Of a stretch of DNA of 64,000 nt, positions 58,253-64,000 are shown piece by piece; the first letter of the stretch is position 1, and each line of letters begins with the position of its first letter. This DNA comes from Candidatus Latescibacterota bacterium. Its GTDB lineage: Bacteria > Latescibacterota > UBA2968 > GCA-2709665. The translations under genes and the position numbers were made by a program. The DNA lies in contig OZ242358.1 in assembly GCA_965208835.1 (NCBI GenBank), positions 4,640,001 to 4,704,000 on the forward strand, in the 5' to 3' direction. Under the pieces are notes generated by a model. The model saw only the letters and a list, made by a program, of their open reading frames with translations. It was not told the origin of the DNA and ran no database searches.

Positions 58253-59260
58253 ATGGTAAAACTCGGTGTCTTCGGATGCGCGGGCATTTCTACCCATCAG
58301 CTGAGTTCCGTGTGGGACGACAACTGCTTCCAGGTGGTCGCGGGCGCGGATGTCCGTCCGGCGCAGCTCGACCATTTCAGGGAGAGATTCGACATGCGGC
58401 AGGGGTACGCCGATTATCGCGTTCTGCTTGATGAAGCCGACGTCGAGGCCGTCATGATCTGCACGCCCACCTTTCTCCATCCGGAGATGGCGATTGCGTC
58501 CGCGGAGGCCGGCAAGGACATCTTCTGCCAGAAACCCATGGCGATGAATTCGTACGACTGTTACCGCATGATCCAGGCGTGCCGCAGAAATGACGTTAAG
58601 CTCCAGATCGGTTTCGTGCGTCGCTTCGACAACGACTGGGGTACGGTCAAAAAGGTCGTCGAATCCGGCCGTCTCGGCAGCCCTGTTCTCTGGCGGCAGA
58701 TCTCCGGCGGACCGCCCCCGGGCAGCCCGTTCTTCATGGACCGCTATCAGGGCGGCGGGCCGATGATCGACGGCATGGTACACAACTACGACTTCGCGGT
58801 CCACTGTTTCGGTGAACCCGTGGAAGTCAAGTCGATGCCAATGAAAATCCACCACACGTCCACGGCCTGGGATACGGGCACCGTCCTCGTACGCTTTGAA
58901 CGGGGCGACGCCATTATGTGCTCATGGACGTGGGGACTGCCGTCCGGCGTTCGACCCGGAGGAGGTACCGACATTATCGGTCCCAACGGCGTACTCATGT
59001 TTCCCGGGAACTACGATCCGAATAAGGTCGAAGGCAAGTACGACGCGGACACCCAGGGTGCCTACCTCCTTTCCCTGGCTGACGGCGAAGAGGAAGTCAT
59101 CCCGTTTGAAAAGAAGAATATGTTCCGGGACGAAATGCTGCATTTTGCCGAATGTGTTCAAAGTGGAACGGGCCCGCTCGTTACCGGTGAAGACGGCCTG
59201 CGCGCCACCCGGATCGCCGAACTCGCGCTCAACGGCGGCGGACTGTATCAACCAGCGTGA
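58253..59260 (+). CDS. Gfo/Idh/MocA-family oxidoreductase
   Basis: GVFGCAGI, ICTPTFLH, CQKPMA, GFVRRFD, GGGPMIDGMVH. Confidence 0.9.
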   Translation: MVKLGVFGCAGISTHQLSSVWDDNCFQVVAGADVRPAQLDHFRERFDMRQGYADYRVLLDEADVEAVMICTPTFLHPEMAIASAEAGKDIFCQKPMAMNSYDCYRMIQACRRNDVKLQIGFVRRFDNDWGTVKKVVESGRLGSPVLWRQISGGPPPGSPFFMDRYQGGGPMIDGMVHNYDFAVHCFGEPVEVKSMPMKIHHTSTAWDTGTVLVRFERGDAIMCSWTWGLPSGVRPGGGTDIIGPNGVLMFPGNYDPNKVEGKYDADTQGAYLLSLADGEEEVIPFEKKNMFRDEMLHFAECVQSGTGPLVTGEDGLRATRIAELALNGGGLYQPA

Positions 59261-59353
59261 AAATTGCCGCGGAAATCCTCACAGGATGCGATGAGACCGG
59301 CGAAATTCAAGGGAATCAACTGATTTCAAGAACACCTCGAGCAAGAGATTTAT

Positions 59354-60238
59354 ATGACCCTGTTACGCATCGCCCTGGCGCAGACAAGGCAGACCTCGGA
59401 TCGAGAGGACAACCGCCGCGCCATTCTCGATGCCATCGACCGCGCGGCTTCCCGGAACGTGCAGATCCTGTGTTTTCCCGAGACGCAAACAATCGGGTAC
59501 CGGGTGGACATCGCTTCCGCCGACGCGCCGGTGCCCGCCGGCTGGCTCGATGAGGTCCACAGTGAGGTTGCGGCACGGTGCGCGAAGCACGGCATCGCCT
59601 GCATCCTGGGTACTGAAGCCGCGTCCGACGGCGGAAGGCCTTACAACACCGCGCTCGTAATCGATAAGCAGGGGAACTTCCTGGGTATGCATCACAAGAC
59701 GATGCTGACGCCGCTGGACGCCATGGCCTACGAGCGTGGAAACGCACAGCATACGTTCGATCTTGCCGGCGTGCGTATCGGCGTGGTCATCTGCTTCGAG
59801 GCGCTGCGCTTTGCTGAAACGACGGCCGAATGCGTACGCCGCGGCGCACAGGTCGTCTTCCATCCGCAGAACAACACGACCCGTCCGAACGACTGGAAGA
59901 TCCCCATCCACCATGCCATGATCGTCACTCGGGCCGCCGAGAACACCGTCTGGTTCGCTTCCTGCAACGCCTGTCTCCCGCACCAGAACAGCCGCAGCCT
60001 GATTGTCGCCCCCGACGGCCGTATACACGGGCAGACGGAACTGAGGCAGGAGGAACTGCTGGTGCGCGACATCGACGTCCGGAAGGCAACGCGTGCCATG
60101 TTTCGCCTTGGAGAAGACAGCCCGGCCGCAGGTGCGCTGGAACAAAGCGCAAGCCTGCTGTTCGCCGACACGGTGAAGACGGAAGAGTATGCCGCCGCGC
60201 TCGAAGCGGGCAAGTCCCCGACCAGAGCCACGCAATGA
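59354..60238 (+). CDS. Carbon-nitrogen hydrolase (nitrilase superfamily)
   Basis: Catalytic triad motifs FPE, HHK, ICFE; RAAEN, APDG. Confidence 0.9.
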   Translation: MTLLRIALAQTRQTSDREDNRRAILDAIDRAASRNVQILCFPETQTIGYRVDIASADAPVPAGWLDEVHSEVAARCAKHGIACILGTEAASDGGRPYNTALVIDKQGNFLGMHHKTMLTPLDAMAYERGNAQHTFDLAGVRIGVVICFEALRFAETTAECVRRGAQVVFHPQNNTTRPNDWKIPIHHAMIVTRAAENTVWFASCNACLPHQNSRSLIVAPDGRIHGQTELRQEELLVRDIDVRKATRAMFRLGEDSPAAGALEQSASLLFADTVKTEEYAAALEAGKSPTRATQ

Positions 60239-62268
60239 TCGCTCGAACCATCCTGATTGTAGTCGTTCTCCTCTGTACGGCCACGACGCATTGCAGCGAG
60301 GCGCCGCCGGAAGCCGACTTCAACGGCGACAATACCGTCGACTTCCAGGATTTCATCCTGTTTGCAAAGGCCTTCGGCTCCGGACAGGCCCTTTACGACC
60401 TGGACCGGGACGGCAGTGTTTCCTTTGGTGACTTCCTGCTCTTCGCCCGATCGTTCGGCCGGACCGGCGAGCCGACGCTTCGGGTCCTGGATATCGGGAT
60501 CCCGGTACGTTCCGTAAACTGGGTCCGCCTTCATCCGGGCACGGACAGTGAAAACCGTCCGCGCGTGTACGTCACCATGGGGCAGCAGGCCGACAACCTG
60601 TTCGTCCTGCAGGTCGACCCGGAAACCGGGGCGTTCAAACAGTTTGTCTCCCAGGTACCGCGATCCAACTACCCCACCGCCACCCTGATGAGCCGTTCCG
60701 GCCGGCTCTACATCGGATCCGCGTACGCCGGCCATCTCCTCTGCTTCGATCCCCGTCTGAACGCCCTTCTGGACCTCGGCGCCATCAATCCGGGCGCCGC
60801 AACGTTCCCGTGCCGAATGGACGAAGACGTGAACGGACGCATCTGGATCGGCAGCTACCCGGGGGCCGACCTGACGGTCTACGACCCCAAAACCGGCGAG
60901 TTCACGCGCTACGGCCGCATGTCAAACGTGGACAAGTACAACTATCCCCTGGTCGCTCCTGACGGAAAGATCGCGTGCCTCATCAGACAGACGCGGCCTC
61001 ACGTCGTCGTCTTCGATCCTTCAACACAGGAGCGTTTTCTCGCAGGACCGATCACGTTCAAGGGTCAGGGCTCGCTTAAGCTGGAGAGGCGGCGGGACGG
61101 CAACCTCTACGTCATCACGTCGGACCACGGAAACTTCCTGATTTCCGGGAACGAAGGCATCGCCGTTGCGACGCTTCCGGGCAAAATGCCGCGTCCTGCG
61201 CTTCCCGACGGCAGCACCTTCGCTTTCTCCGACGGCACGGAACAGATCTATCGCACACTCAGCATCCGCCGTCCCTTCGGCAGCGTCCGAACGTTCGAAC
61301 TCGGTTACGAGGCCAGCGGCACTGACATTTTCTACGTTCACACGGGCCCGGACGGCTTGATTTACGGATCGAGCATCCTGCCGCTGCACCTCTTCAGATT
61401 CAATCCCCTCGCCAGTGAACTGGTCGACCTGGGCAAGTGTTCCCGTTCCACCGGCGAAGCCTATTCGATGGCAAACCTGAATGGGAAGCTTTACATCTCC
61501 TCCTATCCGGCGGCTCGCATTTCGGTGTACGACCCTGCCCTTCCCTACCAGTATGGCACAAGCCCTGACGCCAACCCCCGCGAGCTGGGCCGGCTGGATG
61601 ACATCTCCTACAGGCCGCGTTCAACGCTCGCCGGTCCAATGGGCAGGGTCTGGATTGCTTCGGTGCCGGACTACGGCCGGTGGGGAGGACCCCTCGCTTA
61701 CTACGATCCCGGAACGGGTGAAAGGAAGTCCTATAAACGCATCGTGGGAGATGCGAGTTGTTATACCCTCGCCCACCTCGAATCGCAGAACCTCATTGCC
61801 GTGGGCACGACGATCCGCGGCGGCAGCGGGACGGATCCCAAAGTCAGCGTAGCCACCCTCTTTCTCTGGGACTATCACGCCGAGATAAAAACCTGGGAGG
61901 GAACAATCGAAGGTCGAAGCTCGCCCGTAACCGCCTTCAATGCGCTGCTCCCGGGGCCCGACGGCCTGCTTTATGGCACGGTTCAGGGGGGCGGCGATGA
62001 ACTCTTCGTGTTTGATCCCGATACCCGCGCCTTCATCCACCGCGCTCCTCTGCCCGCGGGACGTGCTCTGGATCTGGGCATGCAAAACGGGCCGGACGCC
62101 AAGATCTACGGTTTCACCTCGTCACTCATCTATCGCCTCGACCCAGCCACCCGTCAGGTCGAGGAGGTCCTCAGCGTGGATGACGGTATCGGTATCGCAG
62201 GGCCGATTCTGGGCGAAGAGATTTATTTCGCGACCGGCGCCGTGCTTCGGTCGGCTACGATCTTCTGA
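60235..62268 (+). CDS. Secreted beta-propeller-like protein with N-terminal dockerin/EF-hand pair
   Basis: Signal peptide; DFNGDNTVDFQDFILF...DLDRDGSVSFGDFLLF; repeated (F/Y)DP and GxIYG blades; ATGA overlap with the upstream gene. Confidence 0.82.
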   Translation: MIARTILIVVVLLCTATTHCSEAPPEADFNGDNTVDFQDFILFAKAFGSGQALYDLDRDGSVSFGDFLLFARSFGRTGEPTLRVLDIGIPVRSVNWVRLHPGTDSENRPRVYVTMGQQADNLFVLQVDPETGAFKQFVSQVPRSNYPTATLMSRSGRLYIGSAYAGHLLCFDPRLNALLDLGAINPGAATFPCRMDEDVNGRIWIGSYPGADLTVYDPKTGEFTRYGRMSNVDKYNYPLVAPDGKIACLIRQTRPHVVVFDPSTQERFLAGPITFKGQGSLKLERRRDGNLYVITSDHGNFLISGNEGIAVATLPGKMPRPALPDGSTFAFSDGTEQIYRTLSIRRPFGSVRTFELGYEASGTDIFYVHTGPDGLIYGSSILPLHLFRFNPLASELVDLGKCSRSTGEAYSMANLNGKLYISSYPAARISVYDPALPYQYGTSPDANPRELGRLDDISYRPRSTLAGPMGRVWIASVPDYGRWGGPLAYYDPGTGERKSYKRIVGDASCYTLAHLESQNLIAVGTTIRGGSGTDPKVSVATLFLWDYHAEIKTWEGTIEGRSSPVTAFNALLPGPDGLLYGTVQGGGDELFVFDPDTRAFIHRAPLPAGRALDLGMQNGPDAKIYGFTSSLIYRLDPATRQVEEVLSVDDGIGIAGPILGEEIYFATGAVLRSATIF

Positions 62269-62332
62269 TCCGCGTCGGGCGGAATTTAGCGCAGACATCC
62301 CCGGTGAAGCCCGCCCGGGTCGTTTTTTCGTG

Positions 62333-62361
62333 TTGCATGTCGTCGGATGACGAGATATAGT
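62333..62361 (+). promoter_or_regulatory. sigma70-like promoter
   Basis: TTGCAT-17 nt-TATAGT. Confidence 0.55.
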
Positions 62362-62432
62362 AGGGCATTCAGCCTTCCGAACGACGTTCTCGGTCTCTCA
62401 ACAAGATACCCCACTTCAGCCTGGCATAGCGA

Positions 62433-63497
62433 ATGGCCGACTCCAGCAAGAGAAAGCTCCGAATCGCCTTCATCGGCGCCGGGGGCATCGCCGGTACCCA
62501 GATGCGTTGTTTCAAGGAGATGGACGACGTCGAAATGGTCGCAATCGCGGATATATCGGAGACGGCGCTTGAAAGTCGCTCCACGGAATACAACATTGCC
62601 GAATGCTTTGCGGACTACGAGTCCATGTTGAGCAAAGTCAGCCCCGATGCCGTAAGCGTCTGCACGCCGAACGGCCTTCACGCGCCCGCCACCATTGCCT
62701 CCCTCTCGGCGGGTGCGCACGTCATCGTCGAGAAACCCCTGGCCATGAATGCCCGCGAAGGGAAAGCCATGCTCGACGCTGCCGGGAACCATCGGCGCAA
62801 GCTGGTGATCGGCTTCCAGCAGCGCTTCGACCCCAGAGCCCAATTCATCAGGAAGGCCGTTGACAGCGGCCGGCTGGGAAGAATACTGTTTGGCCGGGTA
62901 CAGGCCCTGCGCAGGCGGGGGATTCCGAACTGGGGGGTTTTCGGCAGGAAGGAACTCCAGGGTGGCGGCCCGCTCGTCGACATTGGCGTACACGTGCTGG
63001 AGGCCGTCCACTACATCATGGGCGCACCCAGACCCGTCGCAGCCAGTGGAAACGTCTTTACGTACGTCGGCGACAGGAAGTCCGAAACGGTCTGCAGGTG
63101 GCCCGATTGGGACCACGAGACGTACACCGTCGAAGACCTGGCGGTGGGCCAGGTCCGCTTTGAAGACGGCGCCGTCATTCACGTGGAATCCAGCTTTGCC
63201 GCACACATCCAGGCCGACGTCTGGAACTTTCAGCTTATGGGCGACAAGGGCGGCGCCACCTGGGATCCACTCTCAATCGCACGTGATGACAACGGATATA
63301 TGGTGAACACCGAACCGGGTTGGCTGCACAAATCCGGATTCGAATCCACCTTCGGCGCCAAACTGCGCAATTTCGTCGACCACGTGCTTTATAACAAGCC
63401 CACGCTCGCACCAGCCGAACATGGGCTGATGGTGCAGAAGATGATGGATGCGATTTACCTGTCGGCTGAAAAGGGCCGGGAAGTGGACATTGAATAG
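62433..63497 (+). CDS. Gfo/Idh/MocA-family oxidoreductase
   Basis: FIGAGGI, VCTPNGLH, VEKPLA, RRRGIPNWGVF, GGGPLVDIGVH. Confidence 0.93.
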   Translation: MADSSKRKLRIAFIGAGGIAGTQMRCFKEMDDVEMVAIADISETALESRSTEYNIAECFADYESMLSKVSPDAVSVCTPNGLHAPATIASLSAGAHVIVEKPLAMNAREGKAMLDAAGNHRRKLVIGFQQRFDPRAQFIRKAVDSGRLGRILFGRVQALRRRGIPNWGVFGRKELQGGGPLVDIGVHVLEAVHYIMGAPRPVAASGNVFTYVGDRKSETVCRWPDWDHETYTVEDLAVGQVRFEDGAVIHVESSFAAHIQADVWNFQLMGDKGGATWDPLSIARDDNGYMVNTEPGWLHKSGFESTFGAKLRNFVDHVLYNKPTLAPAEHGLMVQKMMDAIYLSAEKGREVDIE

Positions 63498-63531
63498 CAG
63501 TCCGCTTTTCCTGAGATAACCGGAAGACAGC

Positions 63532-64000
63532 ATGAAAAACCCGCTCAATACCGAAGACGTCGTGGCCGCATCGCGTCACCTATGGCAAAGCTACTTCCAC
63601 GGTGAGCAGCCCGATAAACCCCCGATGACGATTACGCACGGCGACGGCCTGTACATCTACGACACCGAGGGCAATGAATACCTGGACACCTTCGCCTCGC
63701 TGCTCACGACCCTGTGCGGGCACGGCCGTACCGAAGTCATCGACGCGGTCACGAGGCAGATGGAGAAACTGGCCTATTTCCCCGGCGGCCAGGAACACGT
63801 GATCGAGCCGGCCGCCAGGCTGGCCGCGAAACTGGCCGAGATCGCCCCAGGCGGCCTCTCGGTCTCCTTCCTTGTCAACGACGGTTCTGAGGCAAACGAG
63901 GCGGCCATTAAGCTGGCGCGCAGCTATTACTGGGCCAAAGGCGAGAAAAACCGCTACAAGGTCATATTCCGACGGGGCTCATATCATGGCGCCACACTCG
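63532..64000 (+). CDS. Class III PLP aminotransferase, truncated by the window end
   Basis: Not in the ORF track (no stop); translates MKNPL...GDGLYIYDTEGNEYLD...GHGR...NDGSEANEAAIKLAR...SYHGAT. Confidence 0.9.
   Translation, partial: MKNPLNTEDVVAASRHLWQSYFHGEQPDKPPMTITHGDGLYIYDTEGNEYLDTFASLLTTLCGHGRTEVIDAVTRQMEKLAYFPGGQEHVIEPAARLAAKLAEIAPGGLSVSFLVNDGSEANEAAIKLARSYYWAKGEKNRYKVIFRRGSYHGATL

Noticed and set aside
59830-60234. Apparent 812-aa ORF N-terminus
   Set aside because: Overlaps the C-N hydrolase; the signal peptide starts at 60235
3115-63206. Many long antisense or alternate-frame ORFs (e.g. 7061-8269, 19455-20744, 42246-43904, 53209-54513, 56723-58078)
   Set aside because: They shadow well-supported genes, have no motifs, and are expected in high-GC DNA

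Overview
High-GC bacterial chromosome segment, most likely Candidatus Latescibacterota or a related FCB-group lineage. This is an inference from the dockerin-like DFNGD/DFxxF domain, the GWxTD, PorV-like and DUF3098 proteins, and the PASTA-rpe arrangement. Housekeeping blocks: ffh-rpsP-rimM-trmD-rplS-DUF3098-tRNA-Val; uppS-cdsA-dxr-rseP; and a dcw cluster (mraZ to ftsZ) with MraZ boxes but lacking mraY, murD and ddl. Accessory blocks hold many catabolic enzymes. Four things stand out. (1) A Fur-box-preceded 6-gene locus (13139 to 5550, minus strand) encoding a His-rich DUF318/SO_0444-type metal permease fused to an HflK-like SPFH domain, then HflC, a second HflK, an orphan substrate-binding protein, a small membrane protein and a ZIP transporter; a candidate metal-uptake SPFH-cage system. 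(2) Twelve copies of three MITE-like families with unrelated terminal inverted repeats whose full-length members share one internal CAAGGCG...CAACGC(A/C)G stem-loop core; several sit exactly on stop codons (ftsQ, ftsA, ftsZ). (3) A DUF4143 ATPase gene bracketed by two directly repeated 35-bp palindromic sites that supply its -35 box and its stop codon. (4) A CDS whose stop codon lies inside tRNA-Val. No transposase, integrase or CRISPR array was seen. All calls are by eye from motifs; no database search was run, and some start codons are estimates.
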